This document shows positions 9,163 through 22,897 of a DNA stretch of 64,000 nucleotides, piece by piece. This DNA comes from Oopsacas minuta (Eukaryota > Animalia > Porifera). The stretch is from the NCBI GenBank assembly GCA_024704765.1, contig JAKMXF010000233.1, positions 1-64,000 of the forward strand, in the 5' to 3' direction. How positions within the stretch are numbered: the first letter of the stretch is position 1; every line of letters starts with the position of its first letter. Under the pieces are notes generated by a model, which was given only the letters and a program-made list of their open reading frames with translations, was not told the DNA's origin and did no database searches. Made by a program: the position numbers and the translations under genes.

Positions 9163-12100
9163 TGATTTTCAACGGGGGTCCACTTGGCCCCCTGGGGAGG
9201 ATTATGTTTAAGGAATATCCACCAGACTCTTGGGTCACTAACCACTCAGAATCGGTTAACCTACTTAAATAATTTCGACTTAACCTGGTTCAGAACTTGG
9301 ACAAATATTTATATTATCCAACCAAATCTTGTTTAACACGATCGACTTATGCCTTAATGGCTACCCAATGAGTAAGTCCCTTGGTTACAAAATCGAATGG
9401 TTGCCTAATTATGTTGTACTTTGAATATTCTTTTGGAGAAGACTATTTCAGAATACGGATCTTCTGACAAGGGGTTTCTAACAAGCAACCTAGGTTCATA
9501 CAAGTCATCCAACTATATTTTTGTGGCATATGTATTATTCACCTTGTTCCCAGGGGATTAGTATGTAGCATCATAGAATATACTCCACATGAGTTTCAAG
9601 AATGTCAGTATAAACGTCCTAAATGCTGTTTATATGACCCTTCGTTCTGAAATTTTTCCTGCTATTTACCTACACTCGAAGGATAACTGGTTTTCAGAGC
9701 ATTAAAGGAGCGCGTCCCAAAGGGTGGCACTCGGGTGCACGCTCCTATTTTAGGAGCAGGACCTGGACCTCGCTTCATTTATGATTCAGGAGCGGAAGGT
9801 GGAGCAGCGCTCCATTTTTGAAGGAGCGAGCTCCTATTCAATTGCAAACATTTTACTAATTTCATCGTTATTCTGCATAAATTCAGTATTCTTGCTCTAA
9901 AAAGTGGATGCTGGGGACACTTTTGTATAATTCACAATTTATTGAAATGGTTTGACGTTACACATTTAACAATTTCCCGAATGTACATAGGCGGTGCGTG
10001 AGATATCGTATGAGGAGGCTATGTATTAATTACAGTTGATACACTAAATGCCAGTTGTCAGGGGGTGCTTAGCACTTCCTGGAATATTTGAGCTACTTAA
10101 AAGGTTTTTGGTAAGTTATATCGATATTACATCATCTTAGATTTTTGATTTCTTTAGTTGATAATCTAGAAAATATTATGTGGATATGTGGAATTGGCTA
10201 TACATACTTCTAGTTTATTTTGTGTCTAAATATACTTTATTATGCAACTATCATTCATGTACTTAATTATCCTGACGAGCGGGATATATCCGTCACTGTA
10301 TTAGCATAAGTCACGCTAATATTGGATATATGAGTCATTTTCTTGTTAGCATCCTACTATTAGCTACAATTTTCCAAACAATATATTTTTAGAGTTACAG
10401 TTACTTGAGCTTTCAAATCAAATCTATTGCTGTTAACAGCCAATTTGAGCTTCCAACAGTCAAGCTCAAGGTTAGTTTAAGCGTGACCATCGTTATAGAA
10501 GGCCATACCACTGAGCCTAATATCATAGTCCATGGATTACTCGAAGTCCATTAAATTTAATAGTAGGCAATAATATTATTCACGATAATACAAAATTGGT
10601 GCATTTTGGCCCGAATAAATGTATTATTGTTAGTTAATAATTAACACAAGCTATGTCATCCGACGAGTCCCAGGTCAAAATGACGTCATCTGATAGGCTA
10701 AAACTGGAATTGGTTGTGAAAAATGAGTTTAAAGGTTTTCAAGTTATAGGTGAATATTAGGAGAAATGTGTCATCCATGGTCACTATTATAACTCTGGAG
10801 AACTTTATTATGGCAATTTTTTGATATTTTGTATGAAAATATCCTTGAATCAATTGGTGTTAATTTGGGTGTTAATAATATTGATCATTTGACAGAGCTT
10901 GAAAAATGGCGCATTTGCTTAGCTGTTTCCATCCCTGCAAATATGTACTTCATGATAGGGATTTCCACTAATCCCTGGAAAAACTATCAGCTAATTACAA
11001 AGGGATAGGAAAACCATATATAATAAATTCACTTAGAATATTGAATAGTAATAATTACAGTAACTAATTGGAGAAAATATCCTAGTACAACCATAGCAAG
11101 CTCCATATAACACTTTATAGATTTAGTTCTGTATTTCATACGAATTATTAGAGGGCAGATTACACTCGATAGGGGGCCATTCATAGCGCCATGAATAGTC
11201 CGGGAGCCAAATCTTACGCCACATACGAATAGAATCAAATGGACAAAATATCCCGATTTCAACTGTTTACTATTGTCGATAAAAGGAAAACTGGATTTGG
11301 TTGAATGGTTGGTAGAATTATACTGTAAATACGTAGTTGGACACAAATTGATAATCTTTGAAATTTACGACTTTTTCAATGTGGAGTATGGTTAGAATGA
11401 GTTGATATAAAAATGACCAAAACCTCCTAGACTAGAATGAATATGTTCCAAATGGCATCTCTATACATACACTGACTGCATAATTATAACGTGTTAAGTG
11501 TGTGCTCCATTTTTTTCGTTGCCAACAGACTCATTGTATATTTATAGTGTTTTATGAATTGTGGCGGAGTGAATGATCAATTTATGCTAGAATTACGATA
11601 ATTTAAATATTATATATTTACATACAGTATATCTCGAAAACTATAATTCGCATCGCTTAGCTCTAAAAAGGAAAAAAGGTAGGTCTTGGCGTCATCTAGC
11701 CAAAAAATACGACTTGGACCAAATCCAGCTATCCTAACAATAGGTGTTGTGCACCATTAATGTTGCTAAATACTCAACAAGTACATTTCAAAGACATGTT
11801 ACCTTTGATTCATCTGTTGCTTAGAAATATTCTAAGTTTAAGACATATTTAACCTAAGCAGAACTGGCCCCCTTGCTTGTCATTTTATCGCACTGGCTTC
11901 AGAAACCCCTGGTAGCAGCAAAAAGGAGGCATGCTACGACTTTCTAATTAATACGTTTATTCACCCTATTTCTAGCTGCAAATGACGGATCCAACTTAGT
12001 AATTCAGGTTGTAATCCAGGTGCAAACGCGTTTGCTGTTTTAGGGACATTTGAGTGTATACGCTAGCGATATAGGAACGGGATTAGTTAGTGTCATGGTT

Positions 12101-12789
12101 GCTCCTGGCTGGGTGCTGATGTGAAATGCACAAGTTGAATTGTTGCAGTGGGGCTTTCTATCTATAATTATTTTGGTCCGTTTGCATATAAACTGTCTGC
12201 AAATAGTAATCTCTTCGTTGAACTAGTTTTTCAGCTCGTTTGTGTAAAAAGTGTTTGTAAATATGATGATCTGAAATTCTTCCTGCGCTTACACAAGGAT
12301 CACGATCCATTGACCTTCCCATATTTAATCCTGAGACCGTTGGTTTCAAGACTTTATTAAACTGCAAATGACCTGAAACACTAATACAAAGTAGACATTC
12401 CTCTCGGTAAACAGTTCACATGCAAACAAACCTAAAGACTAATAGAAGGGTAATCCAACTTCCAAAACTCAAATTGTTTGCTAAAACTCTGTACAATACT
12501 AAGAGCAAGTGTTCATTTGCTTATAAATAACCTATTATTTGTAATAACTATCCCAATGTTTATCTCTAAATTGATTCTCAATCACTGAATTCGGACCTTA
12601 GTAGCAAATTGCATAACCTTAGTGAAATAATGAAAATATTGTTAATTAATGACAAGTTTCAATATCCCTAGAATAGCTTATGCTAACATCTACCATGTAT
12701 GTGATGTAGGAGTGTATATATTTAACTATTCTTAATAAAGTAATACTACATATATTATATACAGCTAAATTACACAACAGGATATAATT

Positions 12790-13060
12790 CTCTAATGCTC
12801 TTGACGATGCTGTTTAGTCTCCCAAATTTCGATTCATCAATCTCCACCACTGTACCGGGCCGCCTATTGGTTCCTGATTTATTATTAGATCCTCAATGCA
12901 AACATCTCTCACAAAATTCTTCCAGTCCAAAAGTATTCGGAGACCATTGCAATTGTTTCTCAAGAAATGCGTGTGACCGTATATCTTCACTCCAAAAATA
13001 CAAGAACTGCAATAGAGAGGGAAGAGTAGATTTGAATAGATCCATAAATTATAGGACGAA
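12790..13060 (-). mobile_element. Merlin (IS1016/IS1595-like, ISXO2 domain) transposase relic
   Basis: Across frameshifts the minus strand reads LQFLYFWSEDIRSHAFLEKQLQWSPNT / LDWKNFVRDVCIEDLIINQEPIGGP / GTVVEIDESKFGR. This matches the Merlin signature DWxNFxRxVC...IGGPGxxVEIDESKFG. Confidence 0.8.
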
Positions 13061-13901
13061 TATTAAAACCTCATCGCTAAATTACCGTACATCATCACAA
13101 ATTATTCAAAAGTGGGGGGGATGCCGGATTCTATGGTTGTACCCAATTCTGTTTATTAATAATTATATTGCATATGCACATCTTCAGGCAAACTGGGTTT
13201 CAAGAAAACAAGTCTCGTCATTGATACTAATCTTCAAGTTTGCTCTTGTTGTAACAATGATTATTGTCTTCACTATCAGGCATTCGTCCAATGTTCACAG
13301 ATTATGTGCTTGAAAGTTTGTGAGGCCAATGTGTTTGAAGAGATGGCGTATTACTTAATCAGTCCAACGAATATATCTATCCTGGTGCTTGATACCCTTC
13401 ATAACTTTACCTTGAGAACTATTGGTGGTTGGTCCTGTAATTCTTGACTCGGGAAATATAAGCAACAAACAGAGCTCATTTTGGAAATTCTCAGTCCCCA
13501 TTGTAGCTAACTTTACTCTCCACGTAAATACGACCCAATACTCTCCCCCGTAATGGAACGGAACTGCTTGAGAGTCGAATAAAGCATCTCCCGAGCATTA
13601 GAATTAGTCATTCTAGGCATGGCTATTTCAGAAAAACGTAGAACAATTCAAATAAAACTGGGTACTCAAAGAAGTGAAATGATATAACATTATAAGTGAT
13701 GCACAAATATTTGAATATAATGCAAAACCGTCCAGCACTTAAATAAATATATGACCCGGAAGCCTAATTATATTTCTACATACTACTTAGGTTTAGTATT
13801 ATTCTTGAACATTCTATACAAAGTAAGCTGATATATATAGCGATGTTAGTAGGTTAGTATTGTTGTTAGTATTGTCTCGAATTCATTATTCTTTAGTAAT
13901 A

Positions 13902-14136
13902 CCGTAAACTGGGGCTACTTTGGCCGCTGAGTTTGCTTTAGCCCAAATATTGAAAATTTCTTACGTATCGAATAGATATTGTATTTGTATTCGAAATTGT
14001 CTATCGATATTTGAAAATTCGTTAAAAATTTGCTAAGTCATTTTCAAGTATAACACTGAATCTAATCTAGTTTCTTTGAAACTTTGATATTTGGGCTAAA
14101 GCAAACCCAGTGAGCCAAAGTAGCCCCAGACTACGG
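13902..14136. mobile_element. MITE with about 60-bp TIRs and TA TSD (Tc1/mariner-pogo type)
   Basis: Left CCGTAAACTGGGGCTACTTTGGC...TTTGCTTTAGCCCAAATAT and right ATATTTGGGCTAAAGCAAA...GCCAAAGTAGCCCCAGACTACGG. TA at 13900-13901 and 14137-14138. Confidence 0.88.
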
Positions 14137-14897
14137 TATCTATATTAATACAGTATGCTAGTTTGCCAACTACCAGTAGCGCATGCGGCAGGTACTATTA
14201 AATATATGGTATATGGAGGTGAATTTTGATTGCGTCATTGTGGTTAGAATTACTGACTTATCATGCTCAAATGTGTTCTAGATCTATCAGCCGTATGTGA
14301 TAACCTAATAATAGTTGAATTCATGACGATTTGTGAAATTCTTCATGATCATTTTGAATATTATTAATGGCCTGAAAATAATTTTAGCATTGGGTGTATT
14401 TTGGTCAATATTTGGTTTGTTGCTCAGGACCTTTCTTGGATTAGTGCCCAGTCTTCGTCGCTTCGAGGAGATTTTGTCTGATGCCAGACTACCTCCTGAT
14501 TGTCTGATTGTGTGTTTTAGAGTTTGGTCTGGTGGTTGATATGGATATTTCTCTATTTGTTCATTATCAAGCTTTTCTGGTACTGATACTCTTGTTTTCA
14601 TATTGACTCTGCAATAACTCTTCTTCCATCAATTCTTTACTAATTTGATAAACTGCAACCATGGTGGCACAAAAATTATATGACCAATTTTCCAGAGGGA
14701 CCAACGTTTTCATAACACCCCTACCAATCCTGTCAATTGGCATCATATGGCTCTACCAATTACACCCCGAGTTTACGCCTCTGATAAACACTTGTACATT
14801 TTGATAACTCTTTTTTCTTTAGTATCATATTAGCTACGTAGTACATAAACAAGTGCATATTACTATACAAACCTAAGTGTGTAATTGGGCGTGTACA

Positions 14898-17800
14898 ATG
14901 TCTGAACAGATGGATGCAGTCCAGTCTTACGTAGCTAGCAGCACTCAACTGCTCTCAGCGCCCCAAACTTCTGGGGCACTCACTCACACTTCTAATTCTA
15001 TTCCTACATATCCCCATTCTCACAATAGCAACTACATTCAGTATCCTGTACAGAATTCTTATCATCAATACTATACTCCACAATATACACAGAAACAACA
15101 ACAGCAAGATCAACAACCTGGTTACTATGTTTACCAACAGAACAACTGGAATGAGTACGCAAAAGCTACGGCACCTCCCCCTCCCCCTCCTGGGGTGCCT
15201 GCTACTCCTCTTCCTCCACCTTGTACCTATCATGGCCCATATAATACTCTACAGTACCCTCCTGTGTCACAGACAGGTACGCAGGGACAGATAGGAGCTG
15301 CTGGAGTATTGCCCTCTCAATTACAGGCTCAGGAGCCCTCAGCTAACCTGAATCAGGTAACTTTATTAAATATATATATTTGTATTACGTATGTCTGTAT
15401 ATGAGTCTGAATCCTTTGTGGGAAGTCAGAGTCAGGATTTCTTGCCCAAACTACCTCAGTATATTATTAGGTGTGCGTACCTATAGTAAGTATCTCATTT
15501 GTTTCGTAGACAGTACTGTTAGCATGGGAAGAAACCGCGTACGAATGAACCATCAATGGAGAAACATAATTGGACCATGGATCATGAAGTATTTTCGTAT
15601 TATGACTTGCATGCTTTGAGGTAAATTAAGACCAAGAAATGAGAATATTATAAAAAGATATCCACGAGTGTTCGGCCCAATTATAATATCCTGGATTCTG
15701 TTCAAAATATGATTCTCTACAATCTGGGTCAAGTGAGGCCAAACTTTACGGTCAGCTATCAATTATTTTTGGCTAATGTTTCATTTGGAGGGTGCTTTAT
15801 CTTCCCATCATTAGCCTCGCTACTGACGTTGCGAGGCTAATTTCTTTTACGGTTTTCGTGCACTTTTGAATAAAACTCATTATTCTGTATAAAATCATTT
15901 AGACAATTATATCTGATCACCAGTGGCTGTCTCAGGGGGGGCAAACGGGACATTTGCCCCGGATTCGGAAATCATGCCCGTGTCTGCCAGATCCTCTGAC
16001 CAGCACTGCCAATTATACGTATAATAAGAATTTACCCCTGTTTACCCCGAGTATGTAAATCCTGAGACCACTCCTCCAGTCTCCTTTCAATATCTCCCTA
16101 CCTCTTCTCATTTTCCCTTAACCTTATTTATTTCCTTCTCATCTTCCTTCCACTCTCCTTGGTACCGATCCTATAAGTATCTCCCGTTGAGGTCGGGAAG
16201 AGGGGTAATAATTGTTACCGCCATAAATGATCATTTCTAAGTCTCACTGGTTTATATATTTATATTTCTGATTATTTGTTCATTACTCTTCTCTAGGGCT
16301 ACTCTAATACTCTCTACCCCACATATGATCCCAGCTATCAACACGTCCCTACACCGCCTCAACCTTTCTATCCCTCATACCCTCAACAAAACTACCCTCC
16401 CTACTTCCCTCCACCCTCTCTTCCCTCTCAGCCACCATTCTACCCTACACATTCCTTTCAACCACCTGGTTACTACGCAGCTGTTCCCCCACCCTCTGCT
16501 CAAATGACACATCACGCTCCACCTCCAGATGTGAGAGGTCCACTTGAAAATGAGAGTGTTTCTGCTCCTACGTTTCCTACTGGTGTAGATAAGCAGGAAA
16601 GATACGGGGGAGTACAAGGAGTGGATAATAGGGTAATGTCTAGAAGAGGTCAGGAGGAGAGAGGGGAGTATGGAAGGAAAGGACATGGTATTGAGAGAGG
16701 GAAGAAATCTCTTAGAGAGAGTAGGTGAGTTTTATTTTTACCATCTACTACAGTATACTCGCCAATACGATATAATCTTTGGAAAATAGTCTAAATGTTT
16801 CTAATCCCATTTTGCCCATTTCTCTTACTGATAATACACGACATACGTAACTAGCCTTTTTACTGAGCATATTTTCCTGGACCATGGATTACATAATTCA
16901 AGTCTATTTATTTTCAGTTACATATTTATTATTCTCGATTATCTAAAATTTATACCTTTCTGCTTGAATATATTTATTATGTATTATGGATGTAAATGTC
17001 ATCCATAAATATCAAATTTTGGTAATTAACAAATGTAACTTTATTGAGTTATTCTAGATACTACTTTTGCCAATATCCACTTATAACTCAATGATTGCTA
17101 GATTTATGGTTCAATATGTCCAGCCAGTATGTACCACATACCCAACTTCCCATATCCTTGTAACACATGAATATATCAATATTGAACCGCTGTCCTATGG
17201 TATTGTTTCTATGTTATTCAATAATACGAATAATTTGACTGATTAGAGCTGTCCTTATTAACTGTCTTTCATTAAAACTCGAATATACATTTCATTATAA
17301 TTCGAAATTCTATTACTTTCAATTTCAATTTCAAAATACCAAAGTCAACCACGTGTTTAACAACTATACATTTCAAATTTAGTCCTATCTCTACTTCTCA
17401 CACTTCTCACTCAAAGAATCCTAAACACTTATCTAGCTCTGACACATCAGGTAGACATGAAGATGCTTCAGATAATCTCCCTGAATCAGCTCAGATGTAC
17501 ATTAAGAGAGTATTCCAATCTTGTAGCAATGAGAAGGATAAGGATCGGATGCAAGAGAAGCTGAAGGATAAACTAGACAGGATTATGACTGCAGGAATAC
17601 AGTGGGAGATTGACTGGGATAGAGAGTCTATACCTACCATAGATTCTATTAAGAGCAATAAATCAGAAACGAAGGGTTAGTTATTATTCTCCTATTCGTT
17701 ATTCTTTAGTGTACAGTACACGTAAACTCCCGTTATAACCGACTCGAATATAAAGAATCTCCCGCAGTAAGGAAGTGATTCTTTACCATCTATAGCTATA

Positions 17801-19713
17801 TCTTGAAAGTAATTGACTGCTTACATACAACTGTTTTAACATGAGATGCACAAAGATACTGTGACCTCCTAATTAATAGTATTAAAGGCCAGAGTTGTGA
17901 TTTGATTTGGATTTGAATGAAATATCAATCAAATCCACAACTCGTTAAAGGCAGAAGTTTCTAACAAACTTTTGCCAGAAAATAGAATTGTATTATATAA
18001 TTTGAATCTGTTTTATCGGACAATTTCAAAAGTGCCAATAGAGTTCAGGTATTATGTTATATTCAGTTTTTACCGAAGCTCCTATTAATAATCTAAAGGG
18101 ACTTTGAGGAGATGTCCAAATAGCAAAGATGGTGTGCGATGTCTGTCCATGCATTCATGCGAAATCTATAACTAAGCTATATTTCTTAAATTCTCTGAGA
18201 TAAGCCCAACAGCGCAAAGTATTATTCTTGTGACAATAATCTTGGTTTCTAAATTTTTACATATTGTTCTGGTTACTCGGGTGTCCTGGGACCTTATTCA
18301 CTAACAGAACGTACTTAATTGTGTTCCTAATGCCGCACTTCCAATATACGTAGTTACTCATTAGAATAATGTATATTATTCAAATATTATACACTATTAT
18401 CCAACAGTCGAATACAGATTTTAAAACTTCATATTTTTTGTTATCTGATCTTATGTTATATATTATATTTTCTTTTAGTCCGTAAATCTCGTTGGGATGT
18501 GGATTCTTCTCCTGATAAGCCCAGCAGTCCCCCTACTCCTCCTTCCCCTCCCTCTCCTGCCGCACCTCCTCACACCCTACCTCCCAGCATTAAGAGCCGT
18601 CTCGGAGCAAAGCCCATGCAGATTGACTCTATCAATACAGACTACAGTGATAGTGGTAACAGAGGATATCAATTAGATAGCATTAAAGGTAACTCTACTA
18701 CTAGTCGTATTGTAACATCTGTTGTAGCCACTAAGAAGAAAAAGAAGAAGAAAAACAAAGGAGGTGCCGGACTCAAATCAGGTGGTGTGCCTCAACAAAG
18801 TAGCATCACACCCCTGGACGACCTTACCCCACAGGATCGGGACAGGATTCAGAGGAGAGCCGAGAGATTTGGATCCAAACAACTCGATACTAAAAGTTTC
18901 CCTAAAATTACTCTAAACACTCTGTTAAGTAACAATGATATACTACACTTTGATTCTGATAGGATTGTTGGTACTTCTAGTGACCTGGAGAAACCGTACC
19001 TCCGTCTGACGTCAGCACCTGACCCTATTGATTTCCGTCCATTAGACGTTCTGTATAAATCTTTAGAATATGTTTTAGACAAATGGAGGGATACTGGTGA
19101 CTACTCTTACACTTGTGAACAGCTCAAATCTATCAGACAAGATTTGACTGTACAGGGTATCAGTAATGAGTTTACAGTTCATGTGTATGAAACACACGGT
19201 CGTATAGCTCTAGAGAAACGAGATCACGAAGAGTTTAATCAGTGTAACTCTATGCTTATGGAGCTATACGAATCGTGGGACGGCAATATAGCCGAGTTTA
19301 CTGCATACAGGTTATTCTATGGAATGTTAGTGAGAGATTATGTTGACATCGACCAATGTCTAGCCACTATTCCGCCTGATATACGTGAAGTACCTGAAGT
19401 AATACATGCTATAAAGATATACACTGCATGGGTGATACATGACTATTCTGCATTCTTCAAGCTGTACATAGCAACGCCTAATATGGGTGGGTACCTAATT
19501 GATATGTTTGTACAGCGAGAGCGATTGAGTGCATTGAAAATCATTTCCAAAGCGTATAGGCCTACCGTCTCAGTAGATTTCATCACACGCATGTTAGCGT
19601 TCCAAGATAGGGAGGAGTGCATCAACTTTTTGATCAGTGTAAGTGCAGTGCTGACAGCAAAAAAAGATCAATTAGATTGCAAGCTGTCTTTGTCTGATCT
19701 TACAATGCCATAG
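14898..19713 (+). CDS. LENG8: LENG8/THP3 homolog (SAC3/GANP-PCI domain), 4 exons, about 786 aa
   Basis: Exons 14898-15356, 16297-16724, 17437-17675 and 18479-19713 have GT-AG ends and compatible phases (0, 2, 1), totalling 2361 nt. Motifs: P/Y/Q-rich N-terminus, YIKRVFQSC...IDWDRE, RKSRWD, LEKPYLRLTSAPDP, YTCEQLKSIRQDLTVQ, YETHGRIALE. Confidence 0.93.
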
Positions 19714-21349
19714 GAGAACTCTGGTAATCAACCTGGATACATTGCAATGTGTTTAGTGCGTAACTAATGTGTTGACTCAGTTAATATTTCGCATAATATT
19801 GTAATTTTCAGTACCTTTCTGATAAGCCAATTTTTCTGGATAATGATGAAACAGAAATAGAGATTGTTTCTTCACACTTTCATCTTTACATAATTAATTA
19901 CTTTATTTGATTAAATATTAACAGGCTAAAATCACATATTTTTCCTGGTTTGACTAGTTTCTTGCATTATGGGATATATTAAGTTTATTACAATGGTATA
20001 TTATGTGGCCACTATTTTTTCCTCAACCTCACAAATTTAAAAGTTTAACCGACTATTAATGAACTATCCATATCCCATATTTTACATATTCATTGCGTTA
20101 ATAATTACGTTGCTATTTATATTATTTCTCTTTATTTGGACATATTTATTCTCTTGTTTATGTTATGTTCAGGTTCGATTCTTTGTTATTTCTATAAACT
20201 ATGATTACTGATATTTAATCTTGGGCATTTACCAATACAGATACGTTTATTTATGGGATTATGCTATGCGTTTTAATTGATTTTGTACGTATTTGTTCCC
20301 TATAATAATAATATTACTATTTATCATTGTATTTACTCTATATACTTTCCCAACAATTCATAGATTAATTCAGTGCAATTTATATCCTTATCAGAGACAT
20401 CAAAGATAATTCATTCATATAACCACATATAAACTCGAAGCATTATTTCCTGATATATTCTCAACTCTCACGACAAGATCGTGAAAGTTGAGAGCCCTGC
20501 AAACAAATTACTAAGCTATAAAGCCTACCATACACGAAGCAACTAAACGATGTTGGATGAAAAATTAAATTTTCATGCAATAATGTTCTAGGAAAATAGA
20601 ACATGTTCCTACTTCCATGCACCAAGATTCTTGGAACATCGTTGCATGCAACTCTTACCATACACGGTGCTTTTTCAGCATTTTGTCAGAAATTTGGGGT
20701 AAATATCCAATATTTTCCCTGGATTTAGTAATTTATCCCGGAAATAATGCCCTTCCCGGGATGGTTGGCAAGTATGCATATTGTATAATTTCCGATATAT
20801 CGATATTTGCCAAACTTTGTTAGTTGTTACAAAAATGCGCACCCCTAGCTCCAGTTAACGTTTGAACGTCTCCTATTTATCTGTGTCAAGTTTGAAATTT
20901 AATGGGCTTGGATGGGTCACGTTCAGTTTTGCAGCTCTGGTTCTATACATACTTATCGTCTGTTGGCTACAAAGTCCAAATATTACTCTGTATTCACCAA
21001 ATACGACTACGTATACTTTTCCATTCATAGATATTAACATACGTAGCTATGAATTTCTTAACACTTTCCAAAGTAATGTGTTTAGATGTCCCGGAACTTA
21101 TCAAATGCTGTATCTACCTGAGCAGCTAGTATGCTGTGTATTGTGATTAGATAAGAATTACACACAGTAATTACAAATTATATTGCAATTAACAGTCTAA
21201 TAATAGACTAAAATACTAATTTTAGTATCATTATTACTATACTATAATTAGCATATACTATAAGTACAAGTATTAGATCAATTCTAATTTATTTATTGCT
21301 TGCATTATTACAAATACTAATTCTAATAATATAAGAACTTATCTACAAT

Positions 21350-22090
21350 ATGGCTTGTTTTCGTGCACAATTTGAAGGCAACAATGAAGTTGGAGTATTC
21401 TCAAAGCTAACTAATAGTTATTGCTTAACTGCAATAGGTCAATCTGAGAACTTTTACAGTTTATTCGAGTCGGAGCTTGGAGATAGTATCCCTGTCGTAC
21501 ACGCCAGTATCGCTAGCTGTAGTATAATCGGGCGTCTGTGTGTGGGCAACAAACACGGACTCCTAGTGCCAATTACCTGTAGCGATCCTGAATTACAACA
21601 TCTGAGGAACTCACTACCTGATTCAGTGAAAGTACAAAGAGTTGATGAAAAGCTATCCGCCCTGGGTAACGTTATATGTTGTAATGATTATCTAGCGCTC
21701 GCACATCCTGACCTCGATAAAGAGACAGAAGAAATTGTTAAAGACACCCTCAAGGTGGAAGTGTTCAGACAGACAATAGCTGGACACCCGCTGGTCGGCT
21801 CCTACTGTCAGTTCAACAATAAAGGCGGATTAGTCCACTCTAAGACGAATAAACTGGCACTCAATGAACTCTCATCTCTGTTGCAGGTCCCACTCGTCGC
21901 GGGTACAGTCAATAGAGGCAGTGATATCATCGGCGGGGGTCTGGCAGTTAACGATTGGTCAGCTTTTTGTGGGCTGACTACTACAGCTCCTGAATTATCT
22001 GTAATTGAAGGAGTGTTTAAGTTAAATGTACACCCAGTTCCCATTATGGGAGCTAAAATGCGTGCAACTATAGTAGACTCTATCTCGTAG
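21350..22090 (+). CDS. EIF6: Eukaryotic translation initiation factor 6, intronless, 246 aa
   Basis: [46 protein letters not shown] and [16 protein letters not shown]. Confidence 0.98.
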   Translation: MACFRAQFEGNNEVGVFSKLTNSYCLTAIGQSENFYSLFESELGDSIPVVHASIASCSIIGRLCVGNKHGLLVPITCSDPELQHLRNSLPDSVKVQRVDEKLSALGNVICCNDYLALAHPDLDKETEEIVKDTLKVEVFRQTIAGHPLVGSYCQFNNKGGLVHSKTNKLALNELSSLLQVPLVAGTVNRGSDIIGGGLAVNDWSAFCGLTTTAPELSVIEGVFKLNVHPVPIMGAKMRATIVDSIS

Positions 22091-22602
22091 TCAAACGCAT
22101 TATAGGCAGAAATAATTATTTTTGAGTATTTGATTTATCTAGTAATTAATTACATTACATTAGTATAGTAGTATATTAATCAGTGTAAATTATTTCAAAT
22201 TTCTTATTGAGTTTATTGATATAATATTAAAGTTTGTTGTAATATTATTTATTTTAATTAATTCTGAAAAGGATAAATATGAGTTAGGATTACTAATTTG
22301 AAGCCTAGTGCCCGCGAATTTTGATAATGCAGATTGTAAGTAACCTTACACATTGGTTTTCTACGCGACTAGAGTCGAAATCGTTTTTGGCCTCCTTGCA
22401 TGTGCATGTTTCTCCATCATACTATTGACATATGAAAACGTATTGTATTATTTTGAGTATCGGAGTTTTCCACTTTGATTATGTAATAAATCGCTCTATA
22501 ATGTGCTCTCTTTCGGGTTCGTAGCCTTTCTATTTATTGCCCTCTTCTGACTTTGTGAAGGGAGACGTTAGCGTACGGAGACATTTGTGTTATCGTGTAC
22601 CG

Positions 22603-22897
22603 AGCTAGTGCAACGTTTGTGTACTAATATTTCTGTACATAAACGTCGCACTAGCTTTTTACCTTGGATTAGTGTCAATATTGCTCATGGATGTTGTCCA
22701 GTTGTCTGACTACATCCTTGTTTTAAAATTAGGTGTTTTTTGACTCGGTATTATATTACTTGCTGAATGGGAATTGATTGGCTTATAATTGGTGATTATG
22801 TGCATTTTACTGCACTATTTCATTAATGTAATAATTTTATCAAGCTAGTACTACGTTTGTGCAGAAATATATCTGTACTCCAATTTCGCACTAGCTT
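22603..22897. repeat. Two related hairpins (AGCTAGT...ACTAGCT) 240 bp apart
   Basis: 22603-22656 has an approximately 22-bp stem with 2 mismatches. 22842-22897 is a more degenerate copy. Confidence 0.7.

Noticed and set aside
12158-12367. 69-aa minus-strand ORF with a nearby acceptor-like site
   Set aside because: Interrupted by stops downstream and no family recognised.
12795-13313. 172-aa plus-strand ORF
   Set aside because: No recognisable features. It is the antisense shadow of the Merlin relic.
15921-16073. Possible hAT MITE in LENG8 intron 1
   Set aside because: Only partial TIR match (CAGTGGCTGTCTCAGG / CCTGAGACCACT) and no TSD. Too degenerate to call.
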